This document shows, piece after piece, positions 46,908 to 56,797 of a DNA stretch of 64,000 nucleotides. The position numbers and the translations under genes were made by a program. The stretch lies in the IMG/VR virus record IMGVR_UViG_3300044712_002165, positions 11,143 to 75,142 of that record; one strand, 5' to 3'. How positions within the stretch are numbered: position 1 is the first letter of the stretch; the number at the start of each line of letters is the position of its first letter. This DNA comes from a virus. Under the pieces are notes generated by a model. The model did not search any database and was not told where the DNA came from. It was given only the letters and a program-made list of their open reading frames with translations.

Positions 46908-47670
46908 GAAAAAACTCGGTCTCGAAGCCCAACCGGTAGGTGAATCGGGTGCCGCACTCGTCGCAGATGTGCTGAATGTCCGTGTTGAGGTGCGGAGAAA
47001 GCCGATCCTGCTCGGTCTCCAGGAACTTGAGGTCGGCCGGGGTGAGCGCGTTGTACCAGCGCAGCATTTCGTCCAAGGTGTCCGCGGTGCTGCCGTTGAT
47101 CGACACGATGCCGAGGAGCGTCCGCATGAGCCTGTCGGAAACAACCTGGCGATCTTGCGACGAGCGTTCGGTCACGATCTTCTCGTCGCGCACCGTCAGC
47201 GGGCGGATGCGCACCGTATCCTTCGCGTCTGCCAGCAGGATGTCGTCCCAGCCTGGGTAGTCGGCTGCCTTTTCGCCGATCTTCTCCAGCTCGTCAGGAA
47301 CCACGATGGCTTCCTGGTTGGCGTGGTGGCAGGACGGGCACTCGGCGTTGTATACGACGCGCCCTTCGCCAGCGGCCATGGCGCGTGCCGTCAACAAAAT
47401 CGTCATCAGCTCGGAGGTGAGCAGATCGTCGATTTTGCCGCCGTTCAGGTTGCATAGGCGTTCGACCAGGCTGAACACCACCTCGGTGCGCTTCGACCGA
47501 CGCACCTGTTCGAGCATGAACTCGTCGATGGACGAATCCCACGGGTAGACCGTGATTCGGCCTTCCGGCCATGCAGTCGGATTGGTGTACCCACGCGACA
47601 GAAGGATGATTTCGCGACTGAAAGCCTGTCGCCGAGGCTTCAGGCTCTGCATGTTCGTCTTGAGCGGCAT
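46840..47670 (-). CDS. baseplate hub assembly chaperone (T4 gp26/gp51-like)
   Basis: ILLTARAMA..CPSC..IRPLTVRDE..CDECG..EFF. Confidence 0.75.
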   Translation of the reverse strand: MPLKTNMQSLKPRRQAFSREIILLSRGYTNPTAWPEGRITVYPWDSSIDEFMLEQVRRSKRTEVVFSLVERLCNLNGGKIDDLLTSELMTILLTARAMAAGEGRVVYNAECPSCHHANQEAIVVPDELEKIGEKAADYPGWDDILLADAKDTVRIRPLTVRDEKIVTERSSQDRQVVSDRLMRTLLGIVSINGSTADTLDEMLRWYNALTPADLKFLETEQDRLSPHLNTDIQHICDECGTRFTYRLGFETEFFRGGSAPAPGGTLETPVQPGVGR

Positions 47671-47686
47671 ACGGTAGAGAACGGGT

Positions 47687-48637
47687 TTACGAAGTGAAAA
47701 CGGTTCGAGAAATGAGGAGACTCGGTTCAGGTTGAACTATGCCGATGGGCGGAATCACCGGAGGGAACGTGTTGCTCCCGTTGTTCCCGTTGCCGTGCGT
47801 GTGCGTGCTGAGGTAAAGCAGCAAGCTTTCAAGGAACAGAGTCAGCTGCGTGCCCAGGACGTTGGGTTCAACCGCCTGGGCGCTTCCAAGGCGCACGATA
47901 GGGGCAGTCAGAGAAGCCTCGGCAAGGGCGTCCAGGGTGATATTTGAAGCTGCTCCGACACTGAAGTCGTAGGTGGTCTGGAAATCGACGCTTCCGCCGC
48001 ACTGAACCGAAAAATCACCCGTCATCGTGGTCCAGTCGAAGTTGTTCGAGAAGCCCGTGACGGCCTCGCCAACGTTGATGGCGAGGTCCTCGTTTGCGAA
48101 GACAGAAATGCCGTTGTCGAGGTCGTCGAGCCGGACCAGGTTACCCAGCGATGTGCTGAGGTCAATTCGGCCGTCGGCTTCGCCGTCGATAATCTGTAAA
48201 CGGTATCCCTGGGACGTGATCGCGTTGATGCCTGTCTCTGCCAGCTCCAGCGCGTGGTTGAAGCGAGTCCAGAAGCTGGATTGAGGTTTGCCGACTTCGC
48301 CGGTTGCCGTCATCGCGTAAGGATGCAGCTTCAGCTTGTCGCGATCCGAGAAGGTTTGCATGCCCCATTCCCAGATGGGCTTTTCAGGTTCACCGTCGAG
48401 AAAGCGCACCCACACATGGTCTCCAGGTGCGGGCAGGTGCGAGAACCCTCCGCTCTGCGCGCTGCCACCTGCGGGCATACCTGCGGGCATCGCCCAAGGC
48501 AAATCGTTTACGCCGATGTACCCCGCGGCTGAGCTGCTGACGCCGTGAATATGTGCGACGCGCACCTTTGCGCGGCCCAGTTTTTCTGGATCACGCACGT
48601 TCTCGACGACCCCGCCGTATGTGCCAAAAAATCGCAT
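47687..48637 (-). CDS. baseplate spike (gp5/VgrG/GpV-like OB fold)
   Basis: GVVENVRDPEKLGRAKVRV..LPWA..P..GDHVWVRFLDGEPEKPIW; C-terminal HTH metal-binding apex. Confidence 0.88.
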   Translation of the reverse strand: MRFFGTYGGVVENVRDPEKLGRAKVRVAHIHGVSSSAAGYIGVNDLPWAMPAGMPAGGSAQSGGFSHLPAPGDHVWVRFLDGEPEKPIWEWGMQTFSDRDKLKLHPYAMTATGEVGKPQSSFWTRFNHALELAETGINAITSQGYRLQIIDGEADGRIDLSTSLGNLVRLDDLDNGISVFANEDLAINVGEAVTGFSNNFDWTTMTGDFSVQCGGSVDFQTTYDFSVGAASNITLDALAEASLTAPIVRLGSAQAVEPNVLGTQLTLFLESLLLYLSTHTHGNGNNGSNTFPPVIPPIGIVQPEPSLLISRTVFTS

Positions 48638-48655
48638 TCTACAGGTAGTTACGGT

Positions 48656-49495
48656 GTGCGCATCACGCCCGCCAAGCAGAAGAACGTGTGGGGAAGCCAG
48701 GCTACGGGCCTCACTTTGGAGCCGCAGCGCTCTGATCTTTGGATGGTAGACATGGATGCCGCAGTGAACGCGCTGAACGCCTCCTGGTCTGCCATCTACC
48801 CAAGTAACGCCAATCTGCTTGAGCCTCTTTTGCCACAGTTCGTCACTTCGGTGACGTTTCCGAACTTCGCCGTGAAGCCGGAGGTTTATCGCCGGTCGTC
48901 GATTCCGTACAACATGCCTGGATTCGATGAACCGATTGAACCGGTGAAGATCACATTCCTGTTGAACCAGGACAACAGGGGCGTGTCTCCTGTATACGAA
49001 TTCGTCACGCGCTGGCAGGCGCTGACCAGGCTTGGCCGTGGGAGTCGAATACTCGAAGGACCGCTCGACAACGACGTGTACCCTGACGCCGAAACTGAAG
49101 CGTTGCCGATTTTTCGGTTCAGCTTTGAAATCGTGCACCTGCGTGGTGCACAGCTACAAACGCAGAATGTGGGTGCTGAGCTTGCGCGCCTCAACGAATC
49201 GGTCAAGCAGGCGGTCATAACCAGACGGCGCATTCAGGATGCGCTCAAGCTGGGCAACGTGCGCTCCGATTTCTTTACGGCTTCTTCTGCTATTTCGTCG
49301 TCCAGCACGCGTCTCGTTGAGTCCACGGGATTCCTGGAGCGCGCTTGCACCTTTGTGGTTCAGAACGCCTGGATTGGAAGCTTCAAGTTGTCCGACCTGG
49401 CCTACAAGCAGACTGAACTGGTAACCCTGGAAGCTACGTTCTACCCAGAAACGGTGCACGTAACGCGTGGGGGCGACACCGACCCAATTCCCTGA
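48656..49495 (+). CDS. tube-like baseplate protein (gp48/gp54-like)
   Basis: LEPQRSDLW resembles the tube's LDLQRVDLW; NAWIGSFKLSDLAY..LEATFY. Confidence 0.65.
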   Translation: MRITPAKQKNVWGSQATGLTLEPQRSDLWMVDMDAAVNALNASWSAIYPSNANLLEPLLPQFVTSVTFPNFAVKPEVYRRSSIPYNMPGFDEPIEPVKITFLLNQDNRGVSPVYEFVTRWQALTRLGRGSRILEGPLDNDVYPDAETEALPIFRFSFEIVHLRGAQLQTQNVGAELARLNESVKQAVITRRRIQDALKLGNVRSDFFTASSAISSSSTRLVESTGFLERACTFVVQNAWIGSFKLSDLAYKQTELVTLEATFYPETVHVTRGGDTDPIP

Positions 49496-50625
49496 TGATC
49501 CCGACATCTCCAGGCACCAGAAACGTCCTGAAAGCGCTGCGCATTCCATGTGCCAGGACGTGCACGCTTGTATACGGATTCTCACGCGAGGCACAGACCA
49601 ACATCGGCTACACGTTGGAGATGCCAGACGGAGAGCCGGCGGTCGCGTGCGGAACAGGGACTGTCATTGCGATCCGTGAGCGTTTCGCCGACTGGGCCTA
49701 CTCATCAGCACTGAGCAACGTGCTGATCAAGGAGGTGCTGATTGAGCACGGTGACGGTGTCCGAACTTTGATCTCCGGCTTGGCTTCGGTGTCGGTTGTT
49801 GACGGAGACTCGGTTGAGCGAGGCGCTGAAATTGGGTACGGAGCCACTTCGCAGGTTCATTTCCGAATTCTGCTGTTCGAGCAGGCCATCGATCCGGCAG
49901 TCCTCGGCGCGCCGTTTGCGATGTACGACGGGCGCTACGTTCCAGGACAGGATCGGAAGATTCGGTTTGCTCCGGACAAGGTACAGCGCGATCCGAGCGA
50001 AGGCTACCTTGTCCGCCTGTACAACGGCATTCGGTATTTCAAGGCCCTGATTTCGTCGAATTTCCTGGTCAGCGTCGATTGCAACGGATCAGGCACCAAG
50101 GTTGGTCCTGGCCAGGTTACGGTCAACAGCTCGGACTACTGGAACGTCTACAGTCCGGCCCAGTTTTACGCCGTCGGCACCTACGCTTGCGGGTACGGAA
50201 CGCTTTTCTCGTCCGACCCTGTGCTTTGGCTGTACGGCTACGACGGGGAGCGCACCAGCGCCTGGATCGAGAAGATCGTGGAGCCGCTGGCCCCTTTCTA
50301 TGGCAGCACGTCGGCTTGGGATACGATGCTCGGCACTTGGCTTGGCGGATACTCCGGCATCAACCCGGTTGAAACGTTTTTCAACGTGCGTGGGCTGCCG
50401 ATGGGTACGCTGGACGTGTACCTCTATGGATTTGTCGCCTCAACGACGTTTATGGTTTCCGTAAACAGCGGATCAATCGCGACACAGGTTTTGAATCCAA
50501 ACGGAACGGCTGGATACGCGGAAGGGCGCAACTACGTGAAGTTCACGGTCAGCATGCCGTTCAGAGGCATCCTGAACGTGAAAGCGTTCGGCTACTTCTC
50601 GGGCATGCAGATCATCAAGGTTTGA
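49495..50625 (+). CDS. virion protein with a degenerate M23-peptidase-like N-terminal domain
   Basis: GTGTV..VLIEHGDGVRT...L....V..GD.V.RG..IG..VHF.I..IDP. Confidence 0.6.
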   Translation: MIPTSPGTRNVLKALRIPCARTCTLVYGFSREAQTNIGYTLEMPDGEPAVACGTGTVIAIRERFADWAYSSALSNVLIKEVLIEHGDGVRTLISGLASVSVVDGDSVERGAEIGYGATSQVHFRILLFEQAIDPAVLGAPFAMYDGRYVPGQDRKIRFAPDKVQRDPSEGYLVRLYNGIRYFKALISSNFLVSVDCNGSGTKVGPGQVTVNSSDYWNVYSPAQFYAVGTYACGYGTLFSSDPVLWLYGYDGERTSAWIEKIVEPLAPFYGSTSAWDTMLGTWLGGYSGINPVETFFNVRGLPMGTLDVYLYGFVASTTFMVSVNSGSIATQVLNPNGTAGYAEGRNYVKFTVSMPFRGILNVKAFGYFSGMQIIKV

Positions 50626-50637
50626 GTTCTTGATGAT

Positions 50638-51201
50638 ATGCGGTCGGTGCCGTGGCATACCCATCCGTTCGTTTCTGGAGTTCTCGTGGTTTCAGACGCC
50701 ACGCGCCTACCGCTTGCACGAGAGGCTGCTGACTCGTTTACAAAGCAAGATTGGCCCGTCAAGGAGCTGGTCATCGTCAACACGACAGGTGTGCCTGTAG
50801 GGCAAGGCCGTGAGCTTTTGTTTACGGTAGCTCCAACGTCGGACAGGAATGAACTGGTGCGCATCGGGTACTGTGCGTCCGGTGGGGAATGGTGCGCGGT
50901 GCTGGATGACAATGCCTGGTACGCGCCGGAGTACATCAAAACGCAGATGGCGCAGGCCGTTGACGGCGTTCGGGTGATGCTGACCTCAGGAGTGTTCTAC
51001 TTCGACACTCGCCATCACACTACGGTCAGGCGTTGGGACATGGCCTCCTACGTGTTCAAGCGTACTGCCGAAACGCAGTTGCCTTCTGAGGTTACAGCTG
51101 AAGCCTTGCGTGCGGCTTTCAAGTCTGTTTACATTGTTGACCCGCACGCTGAAGCACCACTGGTCACACGGTTTCTCTATGCTCACACGCCTTCCGATTG
51201 A
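50638..51201 (+). CDS. glycosyltransferase family 2-like protein
   Basis: SF..QDWP.KELVIVN..GEWCAVLDD..Y.PEYI. Confidence 0.65.
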   Translation: MRSVPWHTHPFVSGVLVVSDATRLPLAREAADSFTKQDWPVKELVIVNTTGVPVGQGRELLFTVAPTSDRNELVRIGYCASGGEWCAVLDDNAWYAPEYIKTQMAQAVDGVRVMLTSGVFYFDTRHHTTVRRWDMASYVFKRTAETQLPSEVTAEALRAAFKSVYIVDPHAEAPLVTRFLYAHTPSD

Positions 51202-53203
51202 GCGCTACGAGCAGCTGGCTCGAACGACGAGGCCCAATTTGCCGGTGCTGAAGTCCGTCGGACTGAGCGTTGGCATTCGAGGACCCACAGAGCCTTGCAC
51301 CGGGTACGGCCAGCACGTTCAGTACACCGCGGATGCGCTTACCAGTGCAGGATACACGGTCCACGTTGAAAACACGCGCTCGCAGGCTGGTTCCGAGTTG
51401 AAGCTGGGGGCGCACCATCTTCTCATCGAGACCCCTGACTTCACGCAGCCATCAGACTGGTGGTTTACGATGCACGAGACGACGCGTCTTCCATGGGACG
51501 CGTTTCAGCGGCTGAACGCTGCGAAGCACGTCATCGTTCCGAGTACCTGGAATGCCTCCTGTTTCAACGCGCAGGGCCTCTCGGGTGAAATTCACGTCTG
51601 TCCGCTCGGAGTCAACCTTGCGCTGTACCGGCCGAAACCGCGACCGCCAGGTAATCCGTTTACATTTGGCGTGTTCGGTACTCCATCGCTCAGCAACGCC
51701 GTCCGAAAGAATTTCGGATTGGCCGTTCAGGCGTTTCGGATGGCGTTTGGCGGGCGCGCAGGTGTCCGCTTGCAGATCAAGCAGCTGCCGACCTGCTCGA
51801 CTCTCGGATTGGCTGGAGCCGGAGTCGAAGTGATCAGCGCCATCTACACCGAGCAGCAAATAGCAACGTGGTTGCAGACCATTGACGTGCTGGTCATGCC
51901 ATCCAGGTGCGAGGCGTTTGGCTTCACTTCCCTTCAGGCCATGGCCTGCGGTATCCCGGTCATTGCCGCGCCTTACGGAGGGCCGGCAGACTACCTGGGC
52001 GAGCACAATGGCTACTTGGTCGATTTTGACATCGTTCCTGTTCGTGGCGCGTACGCTGAAACAGGCATGTGGGCAGAGCTGAAGGTCGAGAGCATGGCGC
52101 AGGCTATGCTCCATTCCTACGGAGATCACAAGCGCTCGGCAAAGGGCAGCGCGGCGCTGAGCACGGCACGCAAGTACGGTTGGGACGCATACGCGACGCG
52201 GCTGTCCGACATCCTCAACTCAACTGGCTTTTTCAGCCGCAAGCAAACTGTTTACAAACCGAGCGTCGTCATCAAGCCTGGACGCGTTGGCGTGGATGAC
52301 GTGGTGCGCTTCTACGCGGACCACCCTGGATCGAGCAAACCAAAGCTCGGTAGAACGTTTGATCCTGAAACGCACACGTTGACGAACACCCCAACAGGCA
52401 TGGGGGACTCGATCATGATGACGGATTTGCCGCGGGCAGCAGCACTGTCTCGTCGGCAAGGCAGCAGCTACCTGTCGTCGCCGCATTTTCGGGACCTGAT
52501 CCAGTTCAACCCGTATTACCGAGATCGCCACTGCCCCGTGTGGGTGAGCCTGTCGCAGGTTCAGATGGAGTACGACCTTGGGCCTGGGCACAACTTCCAG
52601 AAGGTGCGCCGACTGTTCAATCTGCCGGTCGATCCACGTCCTTCGGGTTGCGTCATCGTGCCTGGCGGAACGGTGAAGCGCAACAGGGTGAGCCTGCATT
52701 TTGAACCTGGCGTGCACGCGATCTCGCAGAGAGCACACATTCACCCCAGAGCCCGAGAGGTCTACCCCGAAAATCTGGACATCGTGCGTGCGTTCATCAA
52801 GCGTCATCCTGAGCTTGAATTTTTCGAGGTAGGCGGCTGTGTGCTCCAAAACGACGTGCCGAACTTGAGTCACCTGCCGCTGCCGTCCGTGATCCACGAA
52901 ATGGCATCATGCTCGCTTCACATCGGCATCATCTCTGGACCGTATCATCTGGCCAACGCGCTCGGTGTTCGGACCATCGTCGTGATCAATTTTCCGGAGC
53001 CGAGCATGTTCATGCTGCCGTGCATGAAAAATGTAGACGCTGTTGAATCGGAGTGGCTGTATCCGCAGAGCCACGTCCTTCACCAAGACACGGATAGCCC
53101 ACATTGGCCACGCTTCACGCTGAAAACACTGGAAATGGCGTACCAAGGTGAAACGTACCCGTACGAAGACCCTACGCCCTTTTTGAACCTTGTAAACGGA
53201 TGA
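51179..53203 (+). CDS. GT4 glycosyltransferase fused to a GT9-like domain
   Basis: DVLVMPSRCEAFGFTSLQAMACGIPVI; GMGD..HIGIISGPYHLANALG. Confidence 0.85.
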   Translation: MLTRLPIERYEQLARTTRPNLPVLKSVGLSVGIRGPTEPCTGYGQHVQYTADALTSAGYTVHVENTRSQAGSELKLGAHHLLIETPDFTQPSDWWFTMHETTRLPWDAFQRLNAAKHVIVPSTWNASCFNAQGLSGEIHVCPLGVNLALYRPKPRPPGNPFTFGVFGTPSLSNAVRKNFGLAVQAFRMAFGGRAGVRLQIKQLPTCSTLGLAGAGVEVISAIYTEQQIATWLQTIDVLVMPSRCEAFGFTSLQAMACGIPVIAAPYGGPADYLGEHNGYLVDFDIVPVRGAYAETGMWAELKVESMAQAMLHSYGDHKRSAKGSAALSTARKYGWDAYATRLSDILNSTGFFSRKQTVYKPSVVIKPGRVGVDDVVRFYADHPGSSKPKLGRTFDPETHTLTNTPTGMGDSIMMTDLPRAAALSRRQGSSYLSSPHFRDLIQFNPYYRDRHCPVWVSLSQVQMEYDLGPGHNFQKVRRLFNLPVDPRPSGCVIVPGGTVKRNRVSLHFEPGVHAISQRAHIHPRAREVYPENLDIVRAFIKRHPELEFFEVGGCVLQNDVPNLSHLPLPSVIHEMASCSLHIGIISGPYHLANALGVRTIVVINFPEPSMFMLPCMKNVDAVESEWLYPQSHVLHQDTDSPHWPRFTLKTLEMAYQGETYPYEDPTPFLNLVNG

Positions 53204-54009
53204 AATTTGCCGGCCGTGTACTAATCTTTCCAGTGCTGCACTGTAACCAGAGCTGCACTTACTGCACTAACGAGTACGGAACACACTCGAACACGCTTCC
53301 CGTAAAAGGCTACAGCATAGCTGCGGTTGAAAAATGGGTCGAGTTCGTCTCTAAGCTAGAGACAAGTGCAGTTGAGTTTCTCGGCGGTGAACCGGCGTTG
53401 TATCCTGATTTTGATAAAATTGTAAACGCTTTGTCGCCGCACATTCCGGCGACTGTCGGCAGCAACTGTTCGGATCGAAGTTTGAAAACGTTGCTCAAAA
53501 TTGAGCCTCGCGGGAACGTGCAGATTCAGGCGTCGTACCACCAAGGGCAGACTAGCATTGAAAAATTCGCACGTAACGTGCGCAGCCTGCTAAGCGCTAA
53601 TTTGCGCGTTGGAGTGCACACGATGCCGCACTGGAAGGCGGATGAGTTTGAATACCTGCGTGCTACAACAGGCATCGAAGGAACTTCCCACGGCTTGATT
53701 TCAGACCATTCCGGCTGGGTGGCATTTGAGCACACGTGTTTGAAGCCACGATCAGAGCCAAAAACAGTGGCGTGCCCTGTGGCTGCCTGGCGCTGCATTG
53801 CGCCTGACGGGACTGTCTACACCTGTCATGCTTTGATGTACGCCAAAAGCAGTTCTGGTGTATTGGGCAACGTTTTCGACAAGTACCTGAACGATGTAGA
53901 CGAAACCACGTGCGCGTTCTACGGATGGTGCAACCCTTGCGACATCGGACGGTTTACGCACGCTGAAAACACACTTCGACATGAACGACTACGCGCAGCA
54001 CATGGCTGA
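53200..54009 (+). CDS. radical SAM protein with a SPASM/twitch domain
   Basis: CNQSCTYC, LGGEP, C..IAPDGTVYTC. Confidence 0.9.
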   Translation: MKFAGRVLIFPVLHCNQSCTYCTNEYGTHSNTLPVKGYSIAAVEKWVEFVSKLETSAVEFLGGEPALYPDFDKIVNALSPHIPATVGSNCSDRSLKTLLKIEPRGNVQIQASYHQGQTSIEKFARNVRSLLSANLRVGVHTMPHWKADEFEYLRATTGIEGTSHGLISDHSGWVAFEHTCLKPRSEPKTVACPVAAWRCIAPDGTVYTCHALMYAKSSSGVLGNVFDKYLNDVDETTCAFYGWCNPCDIGRFTHAENTLRHERLRAAHG

Positions 54010-54622
54010 CCACTCGCAGTGGGGCGAGCAGGGAATCATCCTCGGCTATTTTGGCGACCATGTTGGAACCTTCCTTGACCTCGGTGCGTACGACGGGGTT
54101 ACAGGTAGCAACAGCCGAGGTCTGACGGATCGCTATTGGTCTGGCGTGTGCATAGAAGCCAGCCCGTACAACTTCACCAAGCTCGTTGAAAATCACAGGC
54201 TCAACGAAAAGGTTGTCTGTGTGAACGCTGCCGTCATGCCGACTCCAGGTCTGGTTCGTATCCAGGATACGCTCGGCCAAATCGCGTCGTGCACGGACAA
54301 CCCTCTGATCAACGAATGGGTTCAGCGCCGGTACTGGGTCAGCGGCATTACGCCTGACGAAATCGTAAACAAACTCGGTGACCGCTGGGATTTCGTTTCC
54401 ATCGACATCGAGGGCGTCGATTTGGATGTCCTGAAGGTGTCTGAGCGGCTTCTCGCGCACACGCGCCTGATCTGCTTTGAGGATGCGCGCCCTTGTCGCG
54501 GACTCGAAGAAGACTACTACGCCTCGGTGTGCTCAACGCTGGCGTCGTTTGGGTTCACCAAGCTGGTCGGTAGGACGACGACGGCAGATCGAATTGCCAA
54601 CACGCTGCTAGCTAGACCGTGA
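53981..54622 (+). CDS. FkbM-family methyltransferase
   Basis: SQWGE..FLDLGAYDG..SNS..W.G.CIEA..SIDIEG.D. Confidence 0.88.
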   Translation: MNDYAQHMADHSQWGEQGIILGYFGDHVGTFLDLGAYDGVTGSNSRGLTDRYWSGVCIEASPYNFTKLVENHRLNEKVVCVNAAVMPTPGLVRIQDTLGQIASCTDNPLINEWVQRRYWVSGITPDEIVNKLGDRWDFVSIDIEGVDLDVLKVSERLLAHTRLICFEDARPCRGLEEDYYASVCSTLASFGFTKLVGRTTTADRIANTLLARP

Positions 54623-55542
54623 ACATTCACGTCATCGACAAGCGATTCCTACTTCAGCACTTCACGGTTCCTCCCGCGCTGTACCGTGACAGATGCCGCT
54701 TGATGGCGACGCAGCACGTCGGCCCGAACCGTTTCTACAACCCTTCCCTTCTGCGGATCGGCGATAAGACCTGGATGGCCTACCGGGCGGACATCGAAGG
54801 TCACTGGCACCTGTCTGTCGCTGCTGCCTGCACGCTGAACGCTGAGTGGAATCCGGAACCTGGCAGCAACCGTCGTGTTGAACTGCCGACGCAGTTTGAC
54901 GGCTACTGCGTCGAGGACCCTCGCTTGTTTTCTGTCCTGGACAGCGCGTACGTTTCGTATACAGACGGCCGGCGCGTGGCGCTTGCGCGCCTGGACGCGA
55001 ATTTTGGCATCGACGACCGCTGGTACTGCGAGACGGATTTCCGGCTGCAACCCGTCGAGAAGAATTGGGTTTTCTTCGGCCAGGATCACCACATTCGCGT
55101 GCTGTACTCCATTCGGCCGCACGTGGTGATGACGCTCGACTTCGAGAACGAGCGCCCTTTCTGCTCCAAGGCGTTTGTCAGTGAGGTTGAATTCGATTGG
55201 CCGTACGGCACGCCGCGTGGAGGGGCAACGCCCGTGCTGTGGAACGGAAGCTACTGGCACTTCTTCCACAGTCACGTCGGGCTTGAGAGAGGCTCCAGGC
55301 GCTACTACGCTGGCGTTTACACTTTTGAGGCGACACCACCGTTCAAGCCGACCGCGTACTGTCCGACCCCTATTCTCGTTGGCACCGACGAAGCTCTGCC
55401 ACCAATGGGAACGTTTCAGGTCGTGTTTCCTGGCGGAGTTCTTCGAGGTGAGCGTGGGTGGCACATCGCATACGGTCGAAACGACTACGACTGCTGCATC
55501 GCGCACGTTCTGGACACGGAAATTGAACTGCGTCCGATTTAG
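54619..55542 (+). CDS. GH130-like glycosidase/phosphorylase
   Basis: YNPSL..EDPRLF..EKNW..RGG..VVFPGG..YG..D. Confidence 0.75.
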   Translation: MNIHVIDKRFLLQHFTVPPALYRDRCRLMATQHVGPNRFYNPSLLRIGDKTWMAYRADIEGHWHLSVAAACTLNAEWNPEPGSNRRVELPTQFDGYCVEDPRLFSVLDSAYVSYTDGRRVALARLDANFGIDDRWYCETDFRLQPVEKNWVFFGQDHHIRVLYSIRPHVVMTLDFENERPFCSKAFVSEVEFDWPYGTPRGGATPVLWNGSYWHFFHSHVGLERGSRRYYAGVYTFEATPPFKPTAYCPTPILVGTDEALPPMGTFQVVFPGGVLRGERGWHIAYGRNDYDCCIAHVLDTEIELRPI

Positions 55543-55724
55543 GACGCGACGGGCATGATCGGAATCATGGGCTGCGGCGGAGGAGCGGTTTCGCGGGTAG
55601 CCTGCCGCGCTGCCCATTCGAGCCCGAGAGCGCTCTGAGCCGATTGGTCCTTGACCGGGACGGTGTCCGACTGCGGGGCTGTAAACTGATTGGCCGTGTC
55701 GATTTGCTTGTACAGGTCGCTCAT
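55539..55724 (-). CDS. small hypothetical late protein
   Basis: ATG 4 nt after TATTTA, a variant of the late motif. Confidence 0.45.
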   Translation of the reverse strand: MSDLYKQIDTANQFTAPQSDTVPVKDQSAQSALGLEWAARQATRETAPPPQPMIPIMPVAS

Positions 55725-55738
55725 ACCTTAAATATGCC

Positions 55739-56797
55739 GTGAAAATTGGTCTGGCACTCCGGGCTGAAATTGAGAGCACCTTCGAGATCGTGCGTCAACG
55801 CTGCACGACCACCGAAATCTGCTTCGTGTGCCCGGAGCCCGGCTGCGGTGACAAGAGCGGCAACAGGTCGGTCAACCTGCAAAACGGAAAAACGTCCTGC
55901 TGGCGCTGCAACAAGGGCGGAAACTTTCTCGGTTGGGCACGTCGCCTCGGCTACCGGTTCAACAACGCCACGGACGTTACGCAGGAGGCGGTAGACCAGC
56001 TGGAACAGCTCCAGCAGAAGTCGCTGTTGCCGACCGTACAGCCAATTCGTTTACCAAAAGGCTTCACTCCGATCAGCGAGGCCCCCGATACCATCAGATC
56101 GCGCTACATCGGTGAAATGGCTGTCCGCAAGAATCTGGACTTCGACGCGTTGGCTGAGGTGGGCGTCGGATTCACGCGTGAAGACCCGAAGTGGGAACCA
56201 TACGCGATCTTTCCGGTTACCGAGTACAACGTCATTGCCTACTACCAGGGGCGCACCTACTACGATAAGCCTGGCGAAAGCACGAAGCTGTTCCCAAGCC
56301 AGCACGAGGTGAAGTACGGAGCGCGCTATTGGGTTTACAACATCGACGAAGCGCGTGCGCAGAAGGCGCAGATCGTCATCGCGGTGGAATCCATCCTGAA
56401 CGTGCTCAGCCTGCGCCGCAAGCTGGCTCAGCTTCAGTGGGACAACGTCGTGCCTGTCTGCGTCTTCAAGCATCGGATTTCCATCGAGCAGGCGATCAAG
56501 CTCAGCCGTTTGACGCACGTCGAGGAGGTTTGCCTGATGTTCGACCACGACGCCACGGTCCGGGCTTGGGAATCCGGCCGGCAGGTCACCAACCTGTTCG
56601 CGTTGACGGTCGCTGAGATGCCCATGGGGAAAGACAACAAGAAGCTGGACCCGAACGACGATGTCGAGGCAGCGATCAAAGCTTTCAACAAGCGCCAGAC
56701 GTATACGCCCGTTGCCGCAGCTGAAAAAAGCCTCGAAGCGATGTTCACGCAATCAACGCTCGCCGGGCGAAGAATTGCGGTTCTTCCACGTGTATGA
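55739..56797 (+). CDS. DNA primase (Zn finger + TOPRIM)
   Basis: CPEPGC..CWRC..IFP..YYQGR..VES..FDHDA..DPND. Confidence 0.85.
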   Translation: MKIGLALRAEIESTFEIVRQRCTTTEICFVCPEPGCGDKSGNRSVNLQNGKTSCWRCNKGGNFLGWARRLGYRFNNATDVTQEAVDQLEQLQQKSLLPTVQPIRLPKGFTPISEAPDTIRSRYIGEMAVRKNLDFDALAEVGVGFTREDPKWEPYAIFPVTEYNVIAYYQGRTYYDKPGESTKLFPSQHEVKYGARYWVYNIDEARAQKAQIVIAVESILNVLSLRRKLAQLQWDNVVPVCVFKHRISIEQAIKLSRLTHVEEVCLMFDHDATVRAWESGRQVTNLFALTVAEMPMGKDNKKLDPNDDVEAAIKAFNKRQTYTPVAAAEKSLEAMFTQSTLAGRRIAVLPRV

